The notes beneath the pieces are model-generated. The model made no database searches, was not told the DNA's origin, and saw nothing but the letters and a program-made list of their open reading frames with translations. Below, piece after piece: positions 38,480-50,834 of a stretch of 64,000 nucleotides of DNA. The DNA lies in the NCBI GenBank assembly GCA_965603825.1, contig CBFDEM010000007.1, positions 1-64,000 on the forward strand, given 5' to 3'. Numbering within the stretch: the stretch's first letter is position 1; each line of letters begins with the position of its first letter. The stretch comes from Blepharisma stoltei ATCC 30299. Its lineage: Eukaryota > Protista > Ciliophora. The position numbers and the translations under genes were made by a program.

Positions 38480-41400
38480 ATGAAAAGTCTTATAAGCTTT
38501 CTAGCCCTTATATGACTAGCTATGGGAGATCCTACAAGAACTGCTAAAGATGGATACTTGGATCCTGGAAAAATCAGATGGTGGAAAGACAGTTGGGCTC
38601 CTAATCCTATTGAGCTCTCTCAAACCAACTCTGGGACTTCCAGTGGTGTTACTGTCACTGTCAATTTTAGACCTCAAACTTCTTTGCCGACAACTGGCAA
38701 TATGGGGATTGTTATTGTGACTGTGCCATCAACTTTTTCAACCCAAATAACTTATCCTTCTAGCTCTATGGCAATAAAGGCAAATACTGATACTTCTTTT
38801 TCATTTAGTTTGGCAACAGCTTTACCTTCTGCTGGAGTCTATGGACCTTTCCAAATTGTGACTAAAACTTCAACAGGTGGCCAAATCTACGACGCGAACT
38901 ACGTTTTCGGTTGTGTCGCAGTTTCAGCCTCAGTATCTTCAGCTTCTGCGAATTCTTTGACAGTAAACGCAGTCACTTTGACCACTAATACAGCCATTGT
39001 TGGCTCCTCAGATGGACTTTACTTTTCTTTTACAATTCCTGCTGGCACTAATCTTTGGAAACATGACATTTTTGAAATCGTCCCTGACACCCACTGGACA
39101 ATTCCTTCAAGCCCAACTTGTGCTTCTGTAGATATTTCAGGCACTACTAACTATATCAAAGGTCCTAAAGGAGACAATAGCCTACCTTGTGCTATTGCAG
39201 CGAGTGGAGGGGCTAATGGAGGATATAACACTGCTAAATCAGCTGCAACTCCAGCTACAAACAGTATTTATATATATGGGCTTTCTCAAGATGTGCTTAT
39301 AACTTCAAGTTATCAGATCAAGCTTCAAGTTTCCAGCTTTACTCTTCCTCTCTCAGCTGTTTCAACTTCAAATTTCAGCTGGAATCTAAAAATATGGAGG
39401 TGGGGAACTACCAACCTTCTTGCTCAATATGCTGGAACTGGGCCATTGACTCCAGTCGCGGGTGCCGTAACAATTAGCTCATGGGTTCCTTATAACACCA
39501 ATTTAGCTTCAACTGACATCCCAAATAGCAGCTCAAACAGTTTTTACTTGTTTACTAAGCTCACTTTTCAAACAGCTCACGCAATTACATATGGGACAAT
39601 CGTCATTACCTTTAACAGCTACGCAGATATTTCTTCTGGGTACTGGTGGCAAGACCATGCGAGCACATCCGTTGATACTAGAGCAAATTGCTATCTGAAT
39701 ACCTACGTAAAAGGTATTACATGCAGCGTCGCTAGCACAAAGGCAACTATAACTATAGCAGACAAAGTTACTTTGGCTGCGAATACAGCTATCTCAATCA
39801 CATTATTGACCAAACTTACCTCAGGAGCTGCAATTAGCTCAATAATAACTACTGATTCAACTACCTCTGCGAATATTGATCAAATTACTTCTACAACTTC
39901 TTGGTCATTTAACACTGCAGCTTCTACTTATGTACCTATGACTAGTTTCCAATTCTTTGCAACTGCTACAAATTCCATACCAACAGGTGGAACACTCACT
40001 TTAGGGGAACAAAAAGGAGGATATACTGGATCCCAATATTTAATGTGGTATATGACCCCAAAAAACGACTGGTCTGCATCCACCACCTTAAAAGTCAGTT
40101 TACCATTTTCTTCTTCAGGGGTGCAGCTGCTGAATTCTTATATTACCACTAGCGCCACATATAAAGAAAAAATACTTCAAAGCTCAGATTATGCTTCAGC
40201 CGCTGTAGCACTTGATGCGAATATAAACACCCCAACTCTCAGCGCCGGAAATCCAGGATCTATTTCAATTGCGTTTAAAGCGACTGGATTCCCTACCACA
40301 TCAAGTAAGAATATGTTTGCTTTTTCATACGGGGATAACTCAGGTGCTTCTGCTCAAGATTCGCTGCCATTTGTAGCATCAAATGTGGCTACTTTCTATG
40401 AGTGTTGGGCTAAGACTTCATCTACAACAAATGGAGCAGTAACTGAATTCTCTAACTATGTTTTCTCAGTAATAACATCGCAAAGTGATGCTGAGCTAAA
40501 AGTTGCTTCACTGTGTAACGACAATTATGCTGGAATTCCAATTGCTGTAGTTTTCCATGCTTTGAATATGAAATTTAATTTCGGAGACACAACAAACCTA
40601 TATTATCTAGATGTGACTTTTACTGATTCTTTAGGATCAAGCAATTTAGGGACTGGGGCAACTGGTAAAGAAACGATCCCTGTAGCTAGTGCAGCAACTG
40701 GAGCGACCGCCACTCTTGACCCAACATCAAAAACAGTGACTATCTCTGGACTTGGATCTGTTGACACGAACGCTAAAGTTAGCGTTTATCTGCCTTATGG
40801 AGGAGATATAACTACAAGCTATGCTACAACTCAAACTTTCTATTATCTTGTGGCTGGAGCTGACCCAGCTAATAAAATGGTTCTATATACTGGAACAGGA
40901 GGAAGCACATTCACTTCATCAGGTGAAGTTAAGTTTTCTTCTGGGTCATTTACGAGCCCTGCATCTGGATCATATACTATTGGAGGAACTTCTGTTTCTA
41001 CAACACTAAGTGTAACACCTGCCTCTTCGATAACTTCCAATGTAAATTCAGGCTGAATTGGAGTTGGGCTACCTGCAGGTTTTACTTCTTCGTCAACTAA
41101 ACTAAACTTAGGCTCAAATTCTGCAAATTTGTATAGTGCTGCTTCATCAAGCAGCTCATTTAAAGGAGGATTCATGATTGCACCACTTTCGTCCAGTATG
41201 GTAGTTACTCAAGGAGCAGCAAATACTCTTTCAATGGATCAGGGCCTAAATGTTCCATCTTCTACAGGGTTAGAATCAGGGGCAGGATCAGGAACGCTCA
41301 CTGTATTTATAGCAGGCTCTACAATAGGCAACGCTTGCACATGCGCATCACAATCATCCCCAATAACAGTAAGTATCAACCCTGCGACGATTACGGCTGA

Positions 41401-44400
41401 TAGTTGCACACTAGATAAACCCTTCGCTCAAGGCTCAGACTCAGTCGATTCCACCCTCACCTTAACATTTACAACTGTAAACCCTATTCCTGCAGGTGGG
41501 AAAATTACTATTACTCTAGCTTCAAGCGCCTGGACATTGAAATCATCAGATCCTCTTTTCAGCACCTGCCAAGGAGTTGGGTTCACTGACCAATCCAAAA
41601 CTCTCCAACAATCATGTAATGCATCAGGAACAACAGTCACTTTAACTAAATTTTCTCAGATTGCTGCAGGTTCAGTTAGTGTAAAGCTGAACCATGTAAT
41701 CCCAACCTCCACGGCTGCAGGCTCAATAAATTGCTTTACAGCTGTAACAACTTATGATGCAAAAGGCTATGTTATAGATTCTGCATCTAGTTTAACTAAA
41801 TCAGTTGATGTAGCAGTTTCAACTGGAGCAGGTACCACAAACACCAATTCTTTTGTTTCTAAACCATATCCAAATGTAGCTGGGGCAACCGCTGATATAT
41901 ATCTTACATTTTCTTTATCAAAAGCAGTCCCTCAGTATGGCATAATATCAATTACTCCAGGATTTGTCAGCTCATTAGCCTTGTCCTCTGGAGACGTCTC
42001 AAGTTCTTGCTGGACTGACATAGACTACTATTCTTGTAAAGTTTCAGGCACCTCAATTAGTATACAATTAAGCAACTCTCTTGCTGCAAACACAGCAATG
42101 AAGGTATATTTGGATATGGCTTTAGTCCTTCCTACCTCCAATTCTACGACCACAGGCTGGACAATTTCATCCACATGGGGTGAAGTCTCAATCACAGCTG
42201 ATTCTACTTCAGCATCTCCAGCAACATTCCCACAAACTGTCGGAGCTGCTGTTAACAGCGCTATCACTTTAAGCTCAGTTGCCGCTGTTAACTCACAAAC
42301 TGCAGATGAGACGACTTCTTATACCTTTACTTTCACATCAGCTGTTGTGGTGGCTACTTCAGATTCCTTTGTGATTGAGTTCCCTAAAGACTTTAGCCCT
42401 CTTCTTGGACTAGCTAGTGCTGTATTCCCTGACTGCTCACCTAATAACTTTTATACTACTTGCAGCTCAACTGCTTTAGGCATTTCTAGCGGAACTTATT
42501 GCAGTGTTGACCATTGGAAACTTACTGTTACTGGAATTACTAAGGCAACAACTGCGACTACTGCAAGTATCGATATTACTGTGGATGGAATCCAAAACCC
42601 AGCAGCAGGTACTACAACTGGAAAATTCAGCTTATACCAATATGGCTCAGATGGATCTGTTAAGGCTTATATACAGAAAGCAACTGCAGCGACTATCACA
42701 AGTCTTGCATCAACGATGGTTTCTCTTAAAGCTGCCACTGTGGATACTACAACTCTTTCGAAATCAGCTACGTATACATTTGATTTCTACCTCTCTGCAT
42801 CCACCACCTTTACTACAGACCATGTCATTTCCATCTATTTCCCATCACAATTCAACAACAAATTAAGAAACGGTAGCACAGTTCCTTGCAAGTCTGTCTA
42901 CTATGATGAATCATCCTCGTCTTCAAGCACCACAACAAGCCAAACTTTAAGCTCTGCAACCTCATGCTCAGTCTCAGGAAGCAATGTCTCCCTTAATTTC
43001 CCAAGCTCATTGACAACAGCTACCGCAACAACCTCAAGAATCCAGCTCCAACTGACAGGCTTCTACAACCCTGAATCAGGCATATCAAGAACTGCAGGAT
43101 GGGACATATCTGACTATTCCACTTTTAGCTCTACTAAATTTGACCGATACAGTAATAAGTTTTCTATTGCAATCAGCCAAAGCAGTAAAACTCAGATTTA
43201 TGCAGAAAGCTGGCCTAACCTTAACTCAGCCTATATTGGGTACACTGTAGGCTATGGCTCAAGTTATTCAACTTCTAGCACTGCTTCCTCTTCAAAAATT
43301 TCATTATTGCCTGGAACACAAAGCACTGATCAAACTATTTCAATTCTTGATAGCAATAGCTGGCCAATGAAGTCAAAATCATTTAAATTGAGCCCTACTT
43401 CAAATGCAAATTACCCTGATAGCGGAAACCTCAAATATACATCAGCTTTTCATGCCTTCACAGTTTATCAGATGACTCCTCAGTTTAATTTCAGAGTAGC
43501 CGCTAAAAGCAGTGCAGCAACTGGAATTTATTACATCGACTGGGGAACACCTACTGAAAAATTGCAAGATGGAGTTACTAATTCTTTATATGTCGCTCCA
43601 TTAAGTACAATGATTGAAGTCTGCAGCTCTTTGACTCCTGCAACTGTCACTGTTGACACTTTACCAACCCTCTACAAATACTATACCAGCATTCCAATCA
43701 AAGTATCTCTTGCAAACGCCCCTGCTTCCCAGTTAACAGTGACTCCTACTTTTTCAGTCACAGGATTTACAGTCACCCCGACTTCTCTTACCTTTGGCCC
43801 TGATGTCAATGCTCTTTACTTCCAAGTTAATGTTGGCTCTGCCTACTCAGCCTCAGCCACATCACCAACTGTCAGCTTTACCTTGGGAGGAACAGATGCT
43901 GCTGCTTTTACAGCACCTAGCAAGCAGACAGTGACTGTTTCTACAAGTTATCCTTCCATTGTGACAGCAACCCCAGGACTATCAATCACCAAGGTAAGTG
44001 CTTCTGAAGTTAAAGTTGCAGTCACATCGACAATTGCAGGAGTTTTGTATTGGGGACTTGGATGCCAAGGCTCTCAGGTTCTTACTTTTGCTGGCCTGTC
44101 AGCCCTGGTTTCTGATCTTGTGACCCCATCTAAGACTATTCAAACTCTTCAGGAACAATTGTCCCACCAATACCAAAATACAGAAACAGATATTAATACA
44201 TCTAAAAAGGATACTGATATTAATTCATTTTTCAGAAGAATTCATTCAGAGCATTGCAGTGATTATTGGGCTTCTTCACAGGTTATCACTACAGCTGGAG
44301 CTACTATTGATTTTAATTGGCTGATGGCAGGAACAAGCTATACTTTTTCGGCTTATATTGCTACAAGATTGACCAACAACACAGGAGCTTATCCTCTAAA

Positions 44401-45196
44401 TACTTATAACTTTACAACAGATGCAGCAGGACAATACTATAGCACAGCCGTTACTTTCTCTGGATCTGTTCTTTCATCATCAAGCAGCAGCATTGCTAAA
44501 GTCTTAGCTAAAAACATGGGTGTCAACCCTTCATGGCTTACTTATGTAAGTTCAACAAGAAGAATGCTCCAAGGCACTAGTTCTACAACAACATTTACTT
44601 ATAATGTGCTTTCTGATAGCAGATATCCAGCCTATACTTCTTCAGCGATGATTTCTAATCTCAATACTAATCAGGCCCAGGCAACTTCTGACTTCTCTAG
44701 CACACTATCATTAACTGCTACATCCCTTGGAACATCCACAGCTGTCTCGACTGGAACAACTCCAACATGGTCCACTGCTCCTGCAAAGACTGCTTCAACT
44801 GACACCTCTGCAACCTTTACTGCAGCTTCTTCACAGGCTGGAACTATATATGTTTCTTGCACAGATAACGATCTTACAGGCCGCATTACTTATGCATGGC
44901 AAGTTACTAATGGATTAGATGCAACTACAGAAAAGGTCCCTTCAGCAAATGTAGCCAGCGTTGCTGCCACCAGCGAAACTCTTACAGTTACAGGTTTGTC
45001 CGCAGGGACTTCTTATGCTTGCTACTTCACTGCTTGCAATAGTTACCCAGTAACACCTTCTTGCATTGACTATTCCTCAAATAATCCTTTGAAAAGCATA
45101 TCATTTAAGACTTCTGGATCCTCAGGCAGCGACAGCAGTGCAGTTATGATGGGCGCAAGTGCACTTTTGGCTTTTATCTTAACTTTACTTAACTAA
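38480..45196 (+). CDS. Large Ser/Thr-rich cell-surface protein, 2,238 aa: signal peptide, beta-sandwich repeats, FN3-like C-terminal domain, GPI-anchor signal
   Basis: MKSLISFLALIWLAMG signal peptide (TGA 38513 = Trp); a single frame with one more TGA at 41054 (TGG in the paralogue); YTFTF...I.FP..F...NP repeats; TVTGLSAGTSYACYFTACN; ends SGSSGSDSSAVMMGASALLAFILTLLN. Confidence 0.93.
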
Positions 45197-46319
45197 GCTT
45201 TACCTTTAACTGTGCCTTTAATCAATTAATTTTATAGCTTAAACAGCTTAAACATGAAAAATAAAGTAAAACGTTGTATATTAAAGAGAGCTAATCTTAT
45301 GGTTAATCTATATATTTTTTATATCCTGGAACTTGACTTGAGATGTCGGCTAGAAAGCCTTCACTTTTCAATTTTTTCAGATCCTTTAAATTCTTAAGTT
45401 TTATGTTTTTCTATTTAATTATGCCTCATTTTCTCTTTAATTATGCCTATGCATTTTATCTTGCTTTTCTCATGCTAATCTGATTATTTTTCTAATATTC
45501 AAGTTCTTTTTAGATTTCGTAAAGAAGCTTTTCTTGGATTTCAATATTTTAGGAAAGTTCATTATGCTTTTTCAGCAATTTTTAAACGAAAGACCTCTTT
45601 TATTCTTTTCCTTAAAAAATATTTTCGAGATGAGTTTTTTACCTTGCAGAATAAAAAGAGAGTAAATTTCACTTTGAAATTCAGATTTTCATTGTAAACT
45701 GAGAGAGTCATGGGCTTAAAATTCCGATTTATTCTTCTCCTTCGATGGTTTTAATTTTAAGATCTTGATTTTTGTGTTCAGTCTTGCAAGTTAATTGGTC
45801 TAATTATTCCTGTAGCCTTTTCTTTTACATTTAGGAAAATTAGCCTTGGAGTTTTAGATTGTAAATATTGTCTAAGGGAATATTCAATTAGAGGACTTTA
45901 TTGTAGCTAAGCTCAAAAAATGCATTTTAGATTATCAAGAGAATTTTTAATATTGCATGCACTCTGGTCTTCTCTGAGTTTTTAGTATTTTCCCTGCTTT
46001 TATATATAAATTTAATTTGTGTTTTGAATAAAGAAAGGTTATCTAAATTTTGAGAATCATTCTAAATTTCTTATGCAAAAAGACTTAGACATCTATTAAT
46101 ATAAAAACTCGAAAATATTGTTTATTTTCATACAAATTTATGTATTCTCCCTACTTATCGAAAATAAAATGTTCCGGCTTCAGGAATTATTTTAATTTTT
46201 AGAAAGACGATAGCATTTATTTTAGCATGAAGCTTATATAATTAAAATCAGCCTAAGCAATCGATTTTGTTGTCAAGCATTTAATCTTTCTCATATTGAG
46301 TCTAAAAATGCCATGAAGG

Positions 46320-47230
46320 CTTGATTCATCAAAGCTGTTTTGGAATTTGACCAAATATTAAGCATATTGGAAGGAAACTTGAATCAGATATTGAAAAAAT
46401 TATGCTATTGTTTGAGCTGGAGTCCTGGGAAGAGGAATTATGGGAATTGGAAGAAGAATGAGCTGAGGTCGAAAGGAGCGACAAAGATGAAGGCGAGGGG
46501 AGAGACAAGGAGATCTATGTAGGCTACTCAAGAAAATTAGCTTGTATGGAGAGAGATTTGCTACATTGGGAAGAACTGATACAGGCGATAGACAGAGCAG
46601 GCAAAATGGGAATCAGCATAAGGGAAGAAGCAAATAATGGAGTTTCAAAGGTTTGCCAGAATTAATTTCTGAAATAGAAGAAGTGACCTGGAAGAACCTG
46701 AAGTAAAACCTCCGGCTTAAAGAAAAGAAAGTAGAGAAGAACGGAGAGAAAGCTGAGCATCTGGGAAAGGAAAATGATTATCATGGCAGGTTTCTTAGTT
46801 TACCAAGGGCTTTAGATGATGGAGATTATCCTAAGAGGAGAAGCAAAAAGAGAAGATTATAAAAGAAGGGTGGAGCTGAAGATAAAAAAGAATATAAAGA
46901 TGAAATGAAGAAGAGCTGAAAATTTAGGGGTTAACTTTGAGAAAGGTAAAAAGCTAGTAGCAGTGGGAAGAAAGGAAGAAGCAGGTGAAGACTCTGATGG
47001 GAAGGAAGAAATAAAGTGATCTGAAGTGCAGATGCAAAAATAAAATTATTTCATTTAGAAATACTTAAAGATAAAGCATATGGAGAGAAGATTTGTTACA
47101 TTGGCTGAAGTAGAACCAAGTAGCGGAGGAAGCAAGATGATGCGTTATTATTCTAGTTGACTAATGGAGAAAACCCATAAGGGTTGCATTAAACTGGATC
47201 CAATAATGATGATGCTATCAATTTTTATTC
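46320..47230. repeat. Purine-rich decayed segment duplicated at ~60750-61720
   Basis: Colinear words (GAGCTGGAGYCCTGG, GACAGAGCAGGCAAAAT, GGCTTTAGATGATGGAGAT); strong A/G skew; no conserved frame. Confidence 0.7.
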
Positions 47231-47799
47231 ACTCTTTATTCCATTTATAAGAAATTTGCAAGATTATATAAAAATGATTTTCATGCAGTGTTGCTTTGAT
47301 ATTAGCAAACAATTTCATGCAACAAAAATATAAAATTTAGAAAATCCTAAATAATCTTTATATGAAGCTATTATACCAAAAAGTAAACGTATTTGATAAA
47401 GCCTAGAGGGTAATTAAAATTTTCAATAAATAATTTTCAATTTACTTTATTGCTATTGAGCCATTATATACAGAAAATCAGAGAAAAATGTTATAAGCAA
47501 GAGAATGTTTAAAAATTTAAAACCACTGATGGAAATGAATTTAGCAAAGTACAAATTTAATAATGAGAATATGTCCTCCCTAAATAGAGAAAAATATTTT
47601 CAAATATAAAGTGAAAGAAAATAGATAAAGAAGATCGACTTTTTTGGTGTGTTTAACGCAATAAACAAGAATTGGGGCTATTATTAAGGTCAGCATAATT
47701 CAAGGATCGCTTAATTAAAGGCCTCTTTGATCAAGGCTTTAATTTAATTTTCTTGAAGTTAATTCATATTTTTTCTTCTATAATGCAGCAGTCTTCTAA

Positions 47800-48400
47800 G
47801 CAATGTAAAACCCTCCAACTCTCCTACTCCTAAATTGATAATCACCCCTACATTTTCAGTCACAGGACCCTACTTATCTTGCCTTTAAATTTTATTTTTA
47901 AGATAAGCTTGATCATCTTATAAAGCTTCCAAAGCACAGTCAACTCTTTCATTTGCCTTATAGAGATTGATGTTGCCAACTTTTTGGCACCATTTAGGGT
48001 GGTAGCTGCTGCTTCCTCAAGTTATCCTTCTGTTGTCGCAGCCACTAAAGGATTATCAGTCACAAAAATCAATCATCTGATGCAAAAGTTTCTGTAAAAC
48101 TTCAGTCTTGATTTGGGGTCTTAGATGACGAGTTTCTCCTGTCTTCCCCTTGATGGGCTCTTAGCTTTGGTTTCTGATCTTTTTACATATTAAAATCAGC
48201 ATACAGAAAATTCCCAAGATGATATTGATATTAAACAACTTTTTGATCACTGCAAAGACTGTTGGGCTTTGTGGATATATCGCTAGATTGAGTAATCTTG
48301 ATTTTAGCTGGCTTTTGAGGAGAAAAACTATATTTTTCAGCTATATCTCGGCAAGATGACAAACAAAATTGCGTTTTGTCCTTGATAGCCTATAATTTTA
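47800..48400 (+). pseudogene. Decayed 3' fragment of the surface-protein family (counterpart at ~62280-62900)
   Basis: CCTACATTTTCAGTCACAGGA and TCAAGTTATCCTTCTGTTGT align with ~43745-44420. Confidence 0.75.
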
Positions 48401-48579
48401 CTCAGAAATGAAGAAAACGCAGTAAATTGATGCCAACAAGTGGGAGTAGCGTAGTCAAGCAACACTGACATGTGGCATAATATGTTTCTGAGATCACTTT
48501 ATTAATTTAAGCTTTTCAATCAAAAGAAAGAAGATCGAAATTTTTTCAATCAAGACGCTCAATAAGAAAGTAGTCAATT

Positions 48580-48975
48580 TGATTTTCTATTACTTTGTCA
48601 GAGAACAGTCTATGATGACCATTGTAGAAGACAGCGAAATATCTAAAGCTGCTGTTATAAAGCTCTTTAAATAGCTGAGGTTTTTAATAACGAAAATGAG
48701 ATAGAAGCTTATTTTACTAATACTCAGCTTGGAATAGAAGATGGAGATGGACAAATCACCCCACTGCAGAATTTGATTAAATTCAATCAGAATCTCAAAT
48801 GGTAATTCGGAATTTATGGCAGAGGAATAGAAAATTTTAGATTTTACTATATAGGCAACAATAGGATTTGGAATAATTTATCTAAGCTTATTCTAATGGA
48901 GTACTAACGCTGTAGAAGTATTTACAGATGGCTAGGCAGCTTGCAGAAAACTCCCAACATTAGGGTTTTGCTGAT
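48580..48975 (+). mobile_element. IS1595/Merlin-type DDE transposase relic
   Basis: Broken frames read NEIEAYFT, KW*FGIYGRG..FRFYYIGNNR...L..LI and VEVFTDG*AACRKLPTLGF, matching the Merlin order (EIDE, WVFG..ER, R....L..II, TD.W..Y..L...GF). No TIRs seen. Confidence 0.6.
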
Positions 48976-49209
48976 TTTCTATTAAAGTTTATTTTATTCG
49001 ACTTTGCTATGTTTTTTAAAAAGAGAGTCTATTTTTTACTTCCAGAAATTTCTCAAAGTCTAATTTCTGACGTTTTGTATATTTTTGCTTGCCCTCCACT
49101 TCTTAAAATAATTATAGAGTAATCCATTGCATAATAAATCAATTAAGACAAATGTGTCTTCGAGCTCTGGGAGAATAGTCCATTATGATTGGAGAAAGTC
49201 CAACTTTAG

Positions 49210-49720
49210 CAATTATCATAATTTTATTAAATAAATTTTTCTTCAATTATTTAACTTTTTTATTATCAATTCTTAATATTTTTGGCAAAAAGTTAAGAAA
49301 TAGGTTTTAAGAATAATTTTAAGACTAAAAAAATTAAAAAATAATAATTGAAATTATCTTAACTTTTTCTTAAACTATTTAATCTTTTTTATAGTCAATT
49401 GTTAATATTATTAGCAATCAATTTTTAGGAATAATTTTAAAACTAAAAAATCAAAAATAATAATTGAAATTATCATAATTTTATTTTACTTTTTCTTAGA
49501 CTATTTAATCTGTTTTTATTGTCAATTCTTAATACGACTAGCAATCAGTTAAGAAATAGTTTTTATGAATAATTTTAATGCTAATAATCAAAAAATAATA
49601 ATTGAAATTATCTTGACTTTTTCTTAGACTATTTAATCTTTTTTATTGTCAATTCTTAATATTATTAGCAATCAGTAAAATTAAGATTAAATAATCAAAA
49701 AATAATAATTGAAATTTTAT
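49210..49720. repeat. AT-rich tandem repeat, about 4 imperfect units of ~100-140 bp
   Basis: Recurrent AAAAATAATAATTGAAATTATC...TTTTTCTTAGACTATTTAATC...GTCAATTCTTAATA. Confidence 0.8.
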
Positions 49721-50126
49721 TACTAAAAAAGTGAATTAAAAAATTTATTTTTAAACAATAAGTTGATTTTTTTAAAGGAAATATGATTTTTAAGAAGTAA
49801 AAAAATAAGCAAGCCTTAAGCTAAGTTTTTGGATTGGGAAGAGTCCGCCATCCTGAGTGGTGAATAAATTCACTTATAAGCATAAGGCTAAAAATTTCGA
49901 AAATATGAAAATAATATGGAAGTCCACTAATCTTTTTTTGGGTGTAAACAGTTAAAACGATTAGGGCTTAGAGTCATTCAAATTTATACCAGACTAAACT
50001 GTTGTGATTTAAACAAGATATTATGACGAATAATAAGATTTATCAAAAACATTAAAAACTTTGTATTAGGGAGAAGAAAGAAAATAATTAGCTTTTAACA
50101 TCTTAGTGACTAAATTAAAGTCTTAT

Positions 50127-50834
50127 TTAAGGAGATAAGCCCCTGAATTCAAGATAAGCAGATCTTATCACTGATTTAAGATCCTCAGCTGCTTTCTGAT
50201 CGCCTGAAGTTAAAACCTTATAGGTTTTAGTAAGTAAAGAAGGTTCGGCCGTCCCACTTCTTAAGTCATCTTCAATCTGCGTTCTGATTCTATTCATCTT
50301 TTCGATATTTTCCCTTCTCTTTTCAGCTTTTTCCTTATATTTCAATTTCCTTTTGCCAGAATTTGCATTCTCCATCGATTTGTACTTTTTTTCGTGCTTT
50401 TCTGCCTCTTTTTCCTAATTCTTAATTACATTTAAGTAATAGTGAAACCGATCATTTAATAAGAAAAGCTTTGGATATCAAGTCAAAGCATAATCCACTA
50501 TCTCAAAGGCGCTTTTCTTATATTTATGCTTTTTTGAATTAACGAGGGAATCTTCCTTAGACTTTACAAATTCAATAATTTTTTCGATAGGAGCTGGGCT
50601 GTGCTTTCGTAAAAAGTACATAACACAGCCAACTGCAGTGTTTTTGAAAGCTAATAATCGTCTATCCTCTTCTTCTCCTTGACTTTGATTATTTTCACTT
50701 TGTTGCGAATCTAGGCCAGAAGATGCTGCTTGATTTTCATTATTCTCTTTGCTTTCACTTTCACAAATTTCATCACTGGAATGCCTTGTATTTTTGGTCC
50801 CTGATTTCTTATTCTGATAGCCATTCTTCACCAT
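50127..50834 (-). CDS. Winged-helix-like protein, 230 aa, paralogue of 36649-37344, 15-nt intron 50415-50429
   Basis: TGA at 50478-50480 aligns with TGG of the paralogue (DYALT-W-xPK); intron GTAATTAAGAATTAG carries an in-frame TAG. Confidence 0.88.

Noticed and set aside
38522-45196. Two separate genes (844 aa and 1355 aa) as in the ORF track
   Set aside because: The separating TGA is Trp (TGG in the paralogue); they form one 2,238-aa gene.
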